Position numbers and translations under genes: made by a program. From Candidatus Bathyarchaeota archaeon (GTDB taxonomy: Archaea > Thermoproteota > Bathyarchaeia > 40CM-2-53-6), in assembly GCA_963726255.1 (NCBI GenBank), contig CAVSBL010000002.1, forward strand, positions 32,001-96,000: a stretch of 64,000 nt of DNA, in the 5' to 3' direction. The notes beneath the pieces are model-generated. The model was not told where the DNA came from. It searched no databases and was given only the letters and a program-made list of their open reading frames with translations. Shown in pieces: positions 40,268 through 50,604 of the stretch. The first letter of the stretch is position 1. Each line of letters starts with the position of its first letter.

Positions 40268-40936
40268 TTACAAACGTAGCAGGACCTCGATCACAGCAGC
40301 GGCTAGGAGGCCTATCAAGCTGATGAAAAGGATATTCAGATCTGCTCGCAGGAACCCCACTATCCGATTGCCGCCTATTCGATTCAACACTATCCTCAAT
40401 GGTTCGGCGACACACATCAAGACAAACAAGAATTCCAAGGGCGCATGTAGCCAGGAAGCCGCAAGCAAACGATTCAACATTGCCGGCCCTCCGACTTCCG
40501 AAACGAGCATCAGAGTTGCGCCGAGATTAAAGAAACCGATCAGGCCACCTGTCAACAATGAAAAGCCAGTCAGCAGAAGATTCCTAGTAGAGCCACGAAT
40601 TGGCGGAGTCCATCGAACTTTCGCAATTATCAAAGGGTACACGAAAGAGAGTACAACTGGAACGCAATTATTCGCAAAGACGAGTAACATGACCGCCACG
40701 CCACCTAACGCACTCGCACCACGGACTGGGGCAATAGCCCGCGCATTCAGTAAGAAGGTCATTTCTTCCCGAAACGTCAAGGATGAAGCGGTCAATAGTG
40801 CTCCGGCAAGCGAGCCGATGATGAAGGCCAGTGCAGTGGCTCCGAATGCTAGATCAATGAACTTCATTACCACACCTTCTGCTGGGGCGAGATTCATTTT
40901 CGGAGGGGGGTTCAGCAGGATTGGCGTTTGATCCAC
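40268..40936 (-). CDS. SpoIIM-like membrane protein
   Basis: VFANN, LHAPLEF, LLAAAVIEV motifs. Confidence 0.8.
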   Translation of the reverse strand: MDQTPILLNPPPKMNLAPAEGVVMKFIDLAFGATALAFIIGSLAGALLTASSLTFREEMTFLLNARAIAPVRGASALGGVAVMLLVFANNCVPVVLSFVYPLIIAKVRWTPPIRGSTRNLLLTGFSLLTGGLIGFFNLGATLMLVSEVGGPAMLNRLLAASWLHAPLEFLFVLMCVAEPLRIVLNRIGGNRIVGFLRADLNILFISLIGLLAAAVIEVLLRL

Positions 40937-41670
40937 TTCTCACCGCGGTAAACCTTCTATCCGTCATAGCCACCGCGGCTTTGGTGTTTTTGACTTCGAA
41001 GCCCTGCCGCGCCTCAAGCGTATCATACCTGCTTGCCATTCCGGCTGGGTTCGGTCTCATTACAATTGCCTTCCTAGTTCAAGTTCTTGAACCATTCCTT
41101 GTCTCAGGTTCACCAGTGCTTGGTCTACCCGTAACGGGCCTATCGTTGCTAATACAAACCTATGGTACACTATTCCTCGTATTCGCATACGCCCGACGAA
41201 CGAGGCTTCGCCTTCTCGGGGAATCAACGACCGCCGAACTCCTGACAGCCGTTCTAGTTACGTTGGCATTTTTCGGTTCAATATTCGCGACGCAAGCACT
41301 TGGGACGGCCCAAGCGGTTCCGATAGCAGCCGAGCTCTTTCTTAGGACCGTGATAATCGCGGCCACAATCTACCTTATGTACGAAACCCTACGGAACTGG
41401 AATCTAACCCATAGGGCATCGGAGGGCTTCGTCACCATCGGCTTCGCATTCTTCCTCGTCGAACAATTAGGTTTCACCTTAGCGCTGGGCTATCTAGGCT
41501 CAGTTGCAACATTTCTGGCATACGAAGGCAGAACTCTAGGACTTTTTGTACTCAACGCGGTACTCATAGTAGGCGTCAAGAAGGGAGACCTGGTTGTCGT
41601 GATGAAAAGGCTCGGCTTAGGCGCACCCGCCCACTCTCGGGCGGTATCCCTGACGCTGCAAAAACAATGA
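40921..41670 (+). CDS. seven-TM membrane protein (possible sensor)
   Basis: About 7 hydrophobic segments, no soluble domain. Confidence 0.7.
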   Translation: MAFDPLLTAVNLLSVIATAALVFLTSKPCRASSVSYLLAIPAGFGLITIAFLVQVLEPFLVSGSPVLGLPVTGLSLLIQTYGTLFLVFAYARRTRLRLLGESTTAELLTAVLVTLAFFGSIFATQALGTAQAVPIAAELFLRTVIIAATIYLMYETLRNWNLTHRASEGFVTIGFAFFLVEQLGFTLALGYLGSVATFLAYEGRTLGLFVLNAVLIVGVKKGDLVVVMKRLGLGAPAHSRAVSLTLQKQ

Positions 41671-41726
41671 GATTTATTGCGCATCGGTGGCCTGGAATTT
41701 CCCTAGGAGGTCCTATCGATTTAGGC

Positions 41727-41950
41727 CTAAACTTCTGGAAAGTAGCGTTTCATAATGCCGATTATCGCTTCATTCTGTCGCGGGTTGAGGGAGACTTGCA
41801 GGCCGTAGCTGGTTGGCTTTAGAACGATCAGCCCAGCGCGCACAAGCTCCCTAGCCATTTTCTCAACTCTCTTGAGGCCCCCTTTCCAAGCTCGCTCTCT
41901 TTGAACCCCTTCTTCAAGTTCTCGAGAGCTCTTGCAAACTGTGCACTCGT
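41727..41950 (-). pseudogene. frameshifted small wHTH-like gene fragment
   Basis: ENLKKGFKESELGKG / GLKRVEKMARELVRAGLIVLKPTSYGLQVSLNPRQNEAII...; frame break in the G-run near 41878-41882. Confidence 0.5.
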
Positions 41951-42090
41951 ATCAGAAATCAATTTACGCGCTACTCTGAGTAGGTTAGCTCCCTTACAGG
42001 AAGTGCGACAGGAACTGGGTGAATATTTTCTGACAAGGCATCTAGGAAACCTATTTATTGAACTAGTATGAAAGTTATACTTGTTGGACG

Positions 42091-42378
42091 TTGGAAGAAC
42101 CTGAGGTTGCAGTCGTAGGGACGAAAGGCCAAATCGTCATACCACGGCAAATGCGCACCAAGTTGAATATCCGACCAAAGACAAAGCTAGCAGTATACCG
42201 TAGCGGAAACAAGCTTGTACTTGCGAAACTATCAATTCCATCATTAGGCGAGGAACTCAAAGAATTATTCGGAGAGATTGACAGCCGCTACAAAAAGAGC
42301 CGGAGACCATCTGAAAAGGAGATACTAGAAGAGATTCAAGCATACAGAACGGAGAGGCGGCAATCAAAGGTCGCCTGA
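42091..42378 (+). CDS. AbrB/MazE-type antitoxin (VapB-like)
   Basis: VVGTKGQIVIPRQMRTKLNI. Confidence 0.88.
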   Translation: MEEPEVAVVGTKGQIVIPRQMRTKLNIRPKTKLAVYRSGNKLVLAKLSIPSLGEELKELFGEIDSRYKKSRRPSEKEILEEIQAYRTERRQSKVA

Positions 42379-42379
42379 G

Positions 42380-42799
42380 ATGGTAACGGTTGTTGTCGAC
42401 ACAAACGTCCTAATCTCCGCCCTTCTAGGCCATGGCAAACCCAGGCGTCTGGTTACCCGCCTCCTCGAAGAACACGGGCTGATCACCTCAAGGGAAATGA
42501 TGACCGAGCTTATCGATGTTCTTACGAGGGTGAAGTTCAGCGGAATCAAGAACCGTCACCTTAACCGGTTCCTGTCAATCCTTGCGAGCAAAGCGAAAGT
42601 TGTGAAAGTTCAGGAACACCTCAACGTTATCGCAGAAGATCCGGACGATAACATTATACTTAGCACCGCTCACGAAGGAAATGCAAACTATGTAGTCTCG
42701 GGAGACAAGCATCTGTTAAACTTGAAAGAGTTCAGAGGCATCAGAATAGTTACCGTTAAGGAAATGCTCGAACTGCTGGACAACAGCCACACTGCTTGA
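42380..42799 (+). CDS. PIN-domain toxin (VapC-like)
   Basis: VVVDTNVLISA, DPDDN, VVSGDKHLL. Confidence 0.92.
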   Translation: MVTVVVDTNVLISALLGHGKPRRLVTRLLEEHGLITSREMMTELIDVLTRVKFSGIKNRHLNRFLSILASKAKVVKVQEHLNVIAEDPDDNIILSTAHEGNANYVVSGDKHLLNLKEFRGIRIVTVKEMLELLDNSHTA

Positions 42800-42902
42800 T
42801 TACTAGAACTTTGCCGTGCGCAAATAACCCCTAGAAGTTACCATTCAACCTGCCGCAGAATCATTCACGATTTCGAAACAAGAACCCGATAGGCCTAGGC
42901 AA

Positions 42903-43439
42903 TCATCTTATGTAGAGATGAGTCCAGAAGTGTCCTGTTTTATGCTTGGCTTTTTCCGGGAAATTGAAAGTGTGATCTGCTGACAAAATTCTGGTACCTT
43001 CTTTCAGCTCCTTGCGCAGTTTCGGTTCAACCATGTCGTTGATTTTTTGGGAAAGGTAGGCGGTGACAACGGACGCTTCCGACAAATCCTGCCCAAAGAA
43101 ATCTGCGTTCACAATTCGGACTTTATCTTCCAACCTGTTCTTTCTGATCGCTCTTTTGCTTAGCCAGGCGAGAAGCTTGCTCCTTTCTATGCCCACCGCC
43201 CTTATTCCATATCTCTTGGCTGCAGCGATCACAACTCTTCCATCCCCGCTGCCCAAATCAAACAGCACATCGTCAGGCCTGATATCGGCCATTTTCAGCA
43301 TGTTGTCAATCGTTTCCTGCGGCAACGGAATGAAGACCGCTTCGTTCCTTGCAAGTAGGATGAGAAAATAAATCAGGAGTGCAGCGGCCAGCCCAGCGAT
43401 AACAGTCAGAGGTATGGGCAGCGCTTCGGTCAATTGCAT
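42903..43439 (-). CDS. membrane-anchored class I SAM methyltransferase (protein-lysine MTase-like)
   Basis: N-terminal TM helix; AVFIP, LFDLGSGDGRVVIAAAK, ASVVTAYL, ELKEGTRILS. Confidence 0.85.
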   Translation of the reverse strand: MQLTEALPIPLTVIAGLAAALLIYFLILLARNEAVFIPLPQETIDNMLKMADIRPDDVLFDLGSGDGRVVIAAAKRYGIRAVGIERSKLLAWLSKRAIRKNRLEDKVRIVNADFFGQDLSEASVVTAYLSQKINDMVEPKLRKELKEGTRILSADHTFNFPEKAKHKTGHFWTHLYIR

Positions 43440-43551
43440 CGTAACTCTCAGCGTTCTCTAAACGGATAAACGGATACTTGGGTTGTGATATCAGGGACTG
43501 GAAGCTTAACTAGGCTTTTGTTAGGTGACAAACGTTCCAATTCAGTGGGTC

Positions 43552-43846
43552 TGGACAGGTTGGTGCCAAACCTCCAGCTCGCGGCTGAATTGCCTATCAT
43601 TGAAGGGTGACAGCAGCTTCTTCTCCGGGGTACACCTATTTGGGTGGTCGGAGGACCAGATTTGGCGCGAAAATCACGAAAATTCGGTGAAACTGCGGCT
43701 TATGGGTCAAAGAACGAGAAATCACGGTCCTGCGGCGCCGGGGGCTCACAGAGTACGGGCCCTCCATCTATTTGGTGCTAATCAAAATGGGCCCAATATT
43801 CAACGGCACCTCCAAGACCATCAACTATTGTACTATCACTGCCTCC
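43552..43846 (+). pseudogene. internally deleted duplicate of the trmB-family gene and its upstream region
   Basis: Upstream similarity to 47799-47920 (shared TCATTGAAGGGTGACA); encodes VKEREITVLRRRGLTEYGPSIYLVLIKMGPIFNGTSKTINYCT versus VEEREIVALRRLGLTEYESRIYLVLIKMGQI...DASKSINYCT. Confidence 0.8.
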
Positions 43847-43890
43847 AATGAATGGGCGCAGGTGTAGCCCAGCCTTAGGAGCCGCGAAGC

Positions 43891-46800
43891 GTGGGCAAAC
43901 GATGCTTGGGCGAAAGCAAACGCCAGCTCAGAGCATCGATTCTGTCGGCATTACTCATTACGCTGATTCTCAGCGAAGTCCTCGTTGGGCTTCCAGTCTC
44001 TTTGCCTCTCGTTCACGCGCAGTCCTCAAGCGGTTCATCCACGATCGCCCCAACCAGTACGTGGGGGCCGCTCATGGGGACGTCAGGTGACGTTCAAATC
44101 GACATAGACCACGCTGGAATCGCGGTTTGCGTGGAAATCCCAAGGGAATTCCTACAAGGGGTCATATCAAATGATAACGACACAAGCTTCATCCAATCCG
44201 ACATTAGGAACGATTATTACTACTACAGCGTCATCGATGAGTCGAATCGTTGGACGTATGGATGGAGAGGGTTCCCCAGCGATGGGCCATGCTTCAAACC
44301 AAACTTCTCCCTGCGCGACCCCAACGCCCCATGGTGCGTAGAAATATGGAACTACTTGAACGGAACCTTTCGCACCTTCACCCCACCAAAGTTCATCAGA
44401 TTCCGTAACTTGAACGCGCCTTCAATCTCGGGTAGGTACAATTTCACCGTGTTCGTCGCAAACCAAACGAATACCCAAGGTTACCCTAACCTCTGTGACC
44501 CAGCCGTGAATCCAAGTGTGAATCCGCCCCCAAACTTCTGTTCATTCCCAGATTTCGTTCACGCCTGGAACACGACGCTTTTCGTTCCGGTCAGCATGCG
44601 GGACCGGCCTGCAAGTATAGCAGGCACAATCTGCGACAATTGGTTCAGCACCAGTATAACCTGCGGGGGCGACAACATCATCTTGGGAACTAAGGGTGTC
44701 GCCTACGCCAAAGACTTGGCTACCAACCAAATTGTGGGCAGAAGTTACGTGAATGAGACGACTGGGGAATTCAACATAACTGGGCTAGCGCCGAATACAC
44801 CGACCACACCTCATCAATACCAAATACTAGCGTCTGCCGGTTTCGACCCGACCTACGATACAGCTTATTCACTGACTGCCTATCCGTTGTCAATCACCGT
44901 CGGGGCAGGCGAAAACAGGGGGGGAATAGTGGTTGCGCTGGATAGGGCGCCGCAGGTGTGCGGCAGCATAGAATATGAGCTGAACGGTGCGTCGCCCCCC
45001 TCATACCATTCGCTCACAAGTCACCCATACCTACCGAAAAGCGGCCTCAACGTTCTGAATGTTACTGTTGAGGCGGTTGACTCACAACAACATGTATACC
45101 GCAACATCACCCTATCACAGAACACTGGCTCCGACGATTTTAAGCTCATCACGGGTTCAAACGTGACCTACGTGGGAACAGACCCTTATGGTACAGAATT
45201 CGCGGGCCTCCCGCCTGCTAGTCCCAGTAGCCCCTACGTTTTGAATTTGAACGTATGGATCACGGGCTACGTGCAAGTCTTTCCCAATGGATCCCCTGAA
45301 ACAGTCACGGTCACGGTTAGCAGTTCACCACAATCCGGCACCTCAACCCCTTGCGCCACACCCTTTCCGAACCCCATACCCATGCAAGTGGGAGGCGTAA
45401 TATCAGGAACAATTCAACTCTGGAACGGCTTCACGCCTGAAACTCCGAATCAAGCAGAAAGGTCACTTCCTCTCCCACTCCCGCCCACGGACGCACTTTT
45501 CGGCGGGAATATTCTGATTCAAGCCTACGATCACTCAGGAATCCTTCGGGCCGTCAACGTCATCAATGGAACCTACGCGAACGGGACAACTACTTACAGG
45601 GACAACTCGTCAATACCGTTCATTCTCTACGGGTTCAATGAATACTTCAATCACACATGGTCAGGGGTGTGGGATGAACATGATTACGGGCTTCCCCCCG
45701 ACTCGGGCTATTCGATTCGGGTATACGTTAGAGGCTATGAACTTCAGACAATTAGCCCGATTTCAGTCTTCCTGGGCGCGAATGCGACTGCAACGGTCAA
45801 AATGCTTAGGGGAGGAGCGTTTCAGGTCGGAGTCTTCTCCTACGATAACCGATTCGGAACAAGGGCAATACAGGCGCCCCTGATGTTCAAGTTTCTAAAT
45901 CTCTCCATCCCTGTGAGGGCGCGAACATATTTCTACGCCTCCGGGTTTACAGTTGGTTACGTGGAATGCATCATCAGGCTCGGGGTCCAGCAGCCAGATC
46001 GACTATGCCGAAAAATGGAACCAACAACTTTTACAATCCTCTTTGCAGGCCAAAATTGGAATCTCCACGAGCTCTGGTTCTCCGGCGACATACCCACTCA
46101 CGTAACGAACGACACGTACACAATCAAAGCATACACGCTGGGGTACGTATGGCAATACGGTCCCTCGCAATCTCAAAACTATCTCCTAGGTTTTTCACAG
46201 TTAGCCATACCGCTCCTTTTTGGGGATGAGTTAGATATCACAGGTCCAGTGTTCGTAGACGGCCGTATTCTGGGGTCTTTGCCTGAGAACGAATACGCGA
46301 TCGGGCAGGCGTTCGCCGGCTCTTTGATGGGTGCAATGCCAGCGAACTTGACTGAAGGAACACCCACTCTCTCGTTACCGATTTTCGGTTTCGGTGGTAT
46401 GACTAACAGTACAGGAAAGCTAGAAGGCAATGGTCACTTTTTCTACGTCGCCCCGGACGGGGGTCTACACTTCGATTATGGCCTTGACAATGCCACCTAC
46501 ACGGCGCAGGTGCCGGAGTTCGGTTTTGATTACCACTTCATGCAACCTTTCGCACCTTCGACAGTAACGTTCAGCGACCTGTTCCTTCAAACTGGTGTCG
46601 TGATGGATGATTTTGAAATGGCTAGGGTGGGTTTCGGCCAATTAGTTACGGGCGATACTTCCTCTTGCAGTGGATGCACTTTTGATGTCGCACCGTTGTC
46701 GTGGGTACAGGTGACTGCATCTAACTCGACGTTCCAGCGGACAGTTACAACACTGGACGGGCAGTTTGATGGTCCCGGGGCCCTATTTCTGCCAGCAGGC

Positions 46801-46941
46801 AATTACACTATCACGTATTCCCAAACGGCATACTATCTTTCCCAGACTCAGGTCTTACAAGTTCAATGGGGTGGCACTTATGTCTCCAGCCCACCCAGCG
46901 GTTCACTATGTCCAATCCTTCCGCCCGCGACTACCTGCTAA
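43891..46941 (+). CDS. large secreted multi-domain (Ig/carboxypeptidase-regulatory-like) surface protein
   Basis: Signal peptide ending in VHAQ; 1016 aa; beta-rich; GEFNITGL and LFLPAGNYTIT motifs. Confidence 0.8.
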   Translation: MGKRCLGESKRQLRASILSALLITLILSEVLVGLPVSLPLVHAQSSSGSSTIAPTSTWGPLMGTSGDVQIDIDHAGIAVCVEIPREFLQGVISNDNDTSFIQSDIRNDYYYYSVIDESNRWTYGWRGFPSDGPCFKPNFSLRDPNAPWCVEIWNYLNGTFRTFTPPKFIRFRNLNAPSISGRYNFTVFVANQTNTQGYPNLCDPAVNPSVNPPPNFCSFPDFVHAWNTTLFVPVSMRDRPASIAGTICDNWFSTSITCGGDNIILGTKGVAYAKDLATNQIVGRSYVNETTGEFNITGLAPNTPTTPHQYQILASAGFDPTYDTAYSLTAYPLSITVGAGENRGGIVVALDRAPQVCGSIEYELNGASPPSYHSLTSHPYLPKSGLNVLNVTVEAVDSQQHVYRNITLSQNTGSDDFKLITGSNVTYVGTDPYGTEFAGLPPASPSSPYVLNLNVWITGYVQVFPNGSPETVTVTVSSSPQSGTSTPCATPFPNPIPMQVGGVISGTIQLWNGFTPETPNQAERSLPLPLPPTDALFGGNILIQAYDHSGILRAVNVINGTYANGTTTYRDNSSIPFILYGFNEYFNHTWSGVWDEHDYGLPPDSGYSIRVYVRGYELQTISPISVFLGANATATVKMLRGGAFQVGVFSYDNRFGTRAIQAPLMFKFLNLSIPVRARTYFYASGFTVGYVECIIRLGVQQPDRLCRKMEPTTFTILFAGQNWNLHELWFSGDIPTHVTNDTYTIKAYTLGYVWQYGPSQSQNYLLGFSQLAIPLLFGDELDITGPVFVDGRILGSLPENEYAIGQAFAGSLMGAMPANLTEGTPTLSLPIFGFGGMTNSTGKLEGNGHFFYVAPDGGLHFDYGLDNATYTAQVPEFGFDYHFMQPFAPSTVTFSDLFLQTGVVMDDFEMARVGFGQLVTGDTSSCSGCTFDVAPLSWVQVTASNSTFQRTVTTLDGQFDGPGALFLPAGNYTITYSQTAYYLSQTQVLQVQWGGTYVSSPPSGSLCPILPPATTC

Positions 46942-47735
46942 CGCTTCAGAAGCAGAAAGATGCCGGCGAAAACCGGGTCTCCGAAAATCAGTGCAATCAC
47001 CACCCCGACAAGTATGAAGACAAGCATAGGCAAACCAGGGGTAACCCACACCCGGCTTGGCGAACCTATCTTTCGCAACGAATCATTGAACTTTGAGAGA
47101 ACCTCTTGTCTGTCAACATCAGCGTTGGAGTACATTTGAAGCGTTCGACGCGCCCCTTTCTCGTCCTCGACAACGTTCTCCATTGGGTAAAGGTAGAAAG
47201 TTGACTGCAAGTGCGTCGGTTGGGTTGGAAAGCCAGTCACGAAGGCCAACATTTTCTTCCACGCCGGTTCCTGTTCCAATCCGTCGAACATATGCGACTT
47301 GAGTCTCGTCCATAGGATCGTGTTCTTCGCCATCATCCATATGGCCACCGAAAATGAGCACAGGTAACCAGTAACTAAGGCGACGATAGGGAAGAAAGGG
47401 TGAACGAAACCGAGAACTGGGGGTATGATGCTCGGGGGAAGCGGCAGAGCCAAGCCGAGGCAGATTAATGCCTTCGCATCGGCTCCTCCAGACAAGCCGA
47501 AGAACACTAATCCAAAGGCGACCAGAATTGAGAGCGCTATTGAAATGGCAGCCAGTAGAAGTTGGGATGGGTCGAAGTAGATTCTGTAGGCGGTAAGTGC
47601 TGCGCCTACTGGGCCGTACAGCGCCCACACTTTGTCTGGCACCTCGCGTGTGCGCAGGTCATAGTATGATGCAATCGTTAGGCAGAGGAGGGTAAGGCTG
47701 ATCGGTATGTAATTCGAGGCCTGTAGCGGGTCCAC
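46938..47735 (-). CDS. pibD: A24 prepilin/preflagellin peptidase (PibD/FlaK)
   Basis: ASYYDLRTREVPD, GGADAKAL, VWVTPGLPMLVFI. Confidence 0.92.
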   Translation of the reverse strand: MDPLQASNYIPISLTLLCLTIASYYDLRTREVPDKVWALYGPVGAALTAYRIYFDPSQLLLAAISIALSILVAFGLVFFGLSGGADAKALICLGLALPLPPSIIPPVLGFVHPFFPIVALVTGYLCSFSVAIWMMAKNTILWTRLKSHMFDGLEQEPAWKKMLAFVTGFPTQPTHLQSTFYLYPMENVVEDEKGARRTLQMYSNADVDRQEVLSKFNDSLRKIGSPSRVWVTPGLPMLVFILVGVVIALIFGDPVFAGIFLLLKR

Positions 47736-47934
47736 CGATTGTTCCTCCGGCTCACGCCTGTCATTTTTGAGAGGGGTAGGTTAACTAGTTGGAAGTATTG
47801 GACAGGTTGATGACAAACCCCAGTCTTTCGGTGATTTGCATTTCATTGAAGGGTGACACCACTCACGGGGACTTATTTATGGGGCAATGGTGTGATTTTA
47901 CGCGAAAATACGGAGAACCAGGTGATTCGGTGCC

Positions 47935-48750
47935 TTGTCGGTCGAAGAACGCGAAATTGTTGCATTACGGCGCCTCGGGCTCACCGAATATGAATCCAGA
48001 ATATACCTGGTGCTGATTAAGATGGGCCAAATCAAGGCCAGTGAACTGAGTTTCTTCGGCCAAATTCCGAGGACGAAAACCTATGGTTCAATCAAAGAAC
48101 TAGAACGAAAAGGGCTACTTCATGTAATTCCCGGCAAGCCTGAGGCATACGCGCCCTCATCACCAAGCGAGGTTCTGATGCCGTTAGTTACCAAACTGAG
48201 CCGTGAGCTAACCGATGCCGAGGTTGTTGTCCAAGGCCTGGCGCTGGCATATGAATCAAGGAGATTTGTCAAACGCCAATCACCAAAAGAGTCTGAAGAA
48301 TTCTGGGAACTCGAGGGCAGGCCAGGTATAATCAACAAGATGAATCAGATATTTCGCGACGCGTCAAAGAGCATCAACTATTGTACAACAGCGGCAGGCT
48401 TGGTCCGAGCGTACAAGGCTCATTGTGAGATACTGGAGAAGGTCAAGAAAAAGGGGACCAACGTTCGAATCCTCTCCCCAGTAAACGCCGAGAGCACCGC
48501 CGTCGCTCAAGAAATGTCTGAGGTGCTTGAATTCAAGGTCTTGGACAAACCGTTTGGTGAGAATTTTGTCACTGTCGATGGTCACGAATTGGTTGTAATA
48601 GAAACAAAGCCAGATGATCTGCGAACTGACCAAGGTGCCGATAAGGCGGTTTGGAGTACAAACAGGCTTCTTGTTGAGCTACACGACCAACTCTTTGATA
48701 GAGTTTGGAACATGCTCCCGAGAGCAAAGCTTGCCAGACAGGTAGCTTGA
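47935..48750 (+). CDS. TrmB-family transcriptional regulator
   Basis: LRRLGLTEYESRIYLVL, IPRTKTYGSIKELERKGL, GTNVRIL. Confidence 0.93.
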   Translation: MSVEEREIVALRRLGLTEYESRIYLVLIKMGQIKASELSFFGQIPRTKTYGSIKELERKGLLHVIPGKPEAYAPSSPSEVLMPLVTKLSRELTDAEVVVQGLALAYESRRFVKRQSPKESEEFWELEGRPGIINKMNQIFRDASKSINYCTTAAGLVRAYKAHCEILEKVKKKGTNVRILSPVNAESTAVAQEMSEVLEFKVLDKPFGENFVTVDGHELVVIETKPDDLRTDQGADKAVWSTNRLLVELHDQLFDRVWNMLPRAKLARQVA

Positions 48751-48820
48751 AGCGGTTCATCGCGGCTGTTGGATTACGGTTTATGTTTTGAGATGAACTC
48801 AACGGTTTTGCGACGATTTT

Positions 48821-49579
48821 CTAGATAACAATCTCTTTGGAGTAGACTTCAATTCCTTTCGCAGTAATCGCGTAAGGTCTAGGTTGGCGGTCGATCTGTG
48901 TTTCTCGCATCTTCTCTATTTGGATAACTCGCTCCATGCCGCGCCGCTCCTTGCCTGCAATAAGTGTTTGCATTAGAATGACCCCATGAACCAAGTACTC
49001 CTCAATCTGAAGGTTACGCCCCCTTATTCCCACTCGCTGCAATTCCGATGAGAGGATGCAGGTAGCACCTGTTTCCGAAAGCGCCTCAACTAGGTCCAAC
49101 AAGACCTTCCTTCTCTCCGATTCCTTGGGATACTGAAACATCAGCAGCGAGACGGGGTCAACAACTATCCTAGTAGCTCCAATGGTTTTGGCGCTGTTCC
49201 GAATCACTTCTATGAGGCTGATCAGTGAGAAATCTTGTTTACCAATTGTCAGGTTCCCGATCTTGATTTCCCCAGGGATCGACCTTATCGGGGAAGCGTC
49301 TACGAACGCAAATTCTCCACGTTTCTCTGCGTCGGCGAAGTCCCAGCCGAATTGACTCATCTCCCTATCGTAATGGTTCCTGTCCTCCTCCATGCTAACG
49401 AAGAGGCCTTTTTCACCATACTTGCTTATTCCGGTTGCAAGAAACTGCGAGCACGCGATCGTTTTCCCTGATCCTGGTTCTCCCAACACAAGGAGGATGC
49501 GGCCTTGAGGAATTCCTCCCCCGAGCATTTCATCAAGTCCTGGGATGCCGGTGGGTGTGCGGGCGACCGTTTTCTTCAA
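48821..49579 (-). CDS. KaiC-like ATPase
   Basis: PTGIPGLDEMLGGGIP, GEPGSGKT, SMEE, RIVVDPV, EEYLVHGVI, IEKMRET. Confidence 0.93.
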   Translation of the reverse strand: MKKTVARTPTGIPGLDEMLGGGIPQGRILLVLGEPGSGKTIACSQFLATGISKYGEKGLFVSMEEDRNHYDREMSQFGWDFADAEKRGEFAFVDASPIRSIPGEIKIGNLTIGKQDFSLISLIEVIRNSAKTIGATRIVVDPVSLLMFQYPKESERRKVLLDLVEALSETGATCILSSELQRVGIRGRNLQIEEYLVHGVILMQTLIAGKERRGMERVIQIEKMRETQIDRQPRPYAITAKGIEVYSKEIVI

Positions 49580-49647
49580 ACTATTTCCCTTCAGTCAATA
49601 CAAGCGCGATGAATAAATGATTTCGCTACCACCATTGGGCTTAGGAA

Positions 49648-50604
49648 TCAACGAGAGAAGGGGTCGACTAACGTCCCGTCGTCACCGATATCGTATCTTA
49701 TCCAAGACATCAAATGCTTCGTGCCGATCATTCGAAGTACCCTCAACTCCCTGGCGTTCCCTTCGGGTGTCTCATCGATCTTCATCTCGATGACCCCATC
49801 TACGATGTCCTGGGCTGAGGCAATTATGGCCTGGTGAAATGCCCTACGATTCATCGTCACCAAGGACAAAGCTCCGGCTTGTCTCGTGCGTGCGACAAAC
49901 ACTCGGAGGAATTCGACCGCAGAGCGAACTCCACGATTTCTTATGAGCGTGTTGAACGAGTCTAATACCAACATGGATATTTTGCGTTTGGTCATAATGT
50001 CTGAGATTGTGACACTGATTTCTGAAAGATTTTCTGCGTTAGGCGTGTAGTCTTCGTTGCTTTCAAGTCCAACCGCCTTGGAGTAGCAGTCTATGAGGAT
50101 GAGGGGTGACCAGTCCAATTTGTCTTTTGAAATGTATGGCCCGACTAATTGCCTTATGTTGTCTGGGAAGTTGTCTAAGGTGACGTAAAGTACCGATTTT
50201 TGTGCTGCAATTTGACGGCCTACAAAGTAGCCGAGCATGTGTTCATGCCCTGCACCTGGGTCGGCTAAGATTAGTATATTGCCTACATTTGGCATGCCTG
50301 AGGGCAAGGCTTTGTCCAGGACTGGAATTCCTGTCGGTGACCTTGAGATCTCAGCTGAGACACTAGCTTCGGCCTCGGTCGTCTCACCGAGGATAAGCTG
50401 CTTTGAGATCGCATCCTGAATCTCCTTGTTCCTATCCTGTACGAACGTGTACACTTCGTCCTTCTTCAGTATCCCAAGTTCGACTAAGTCTACAATTTCC
50501 TTCTGGGCCTCGGCAGGCGTGCATCTGATTCTCTTCGCAAGTCCTTCCGCTGTCTCAGCCAACTCGGAATTGTTATTGAACAGTGTCAGAATGTCTGCTT
50601 TCAC
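49648..50604 (-). CDS. HTH + KaiC-like ATPase with degenerate Walker A
   Basis: N-terminal HTH (AETAEGLAKRI...DLVELGIL), PTGIPVLD, ADPGAGHE (no GKT), LIDCYS, VDGVIEM; the frame is open upstream to about 50652. Confidence 0.85.
   Translation of the reverse strand: MKADILTLFNNNSELAETAEGLAKRIRCTPAEAQKEIVDLVELGILKKDEVYTFVQDRNKEIQDAISKQLILGETTEAEASVSAEISRSPTGIPVLDKALPSGMPNVGNILILADPGAGHEHMLGYFVGRQIAAQKSVLYVTLDNFPDNIRQLVGPYISKDKLDWSPLILIDCYSKAVGLESNEDYTPNAENLSEISVTISDIMTKRKISMLVLDSFNTLIRNRGVRSAVEFLRVFVARTRQAGALSLVTMNRRAFHQAIIASAQDIVDGVIEMKIDETPEGNARELRVLRMIGTKHLMSWIRYDIGDDGTLVDPFSR

Noticed and set aside
40167-40931. 254-aa plus-strand ORF (and the 237-aa minus ORF at 27496-28209)
   Set aside because: Antisense shadows of motif-supported genes (SpoIIM-like; KaiC/TackOD1-like)
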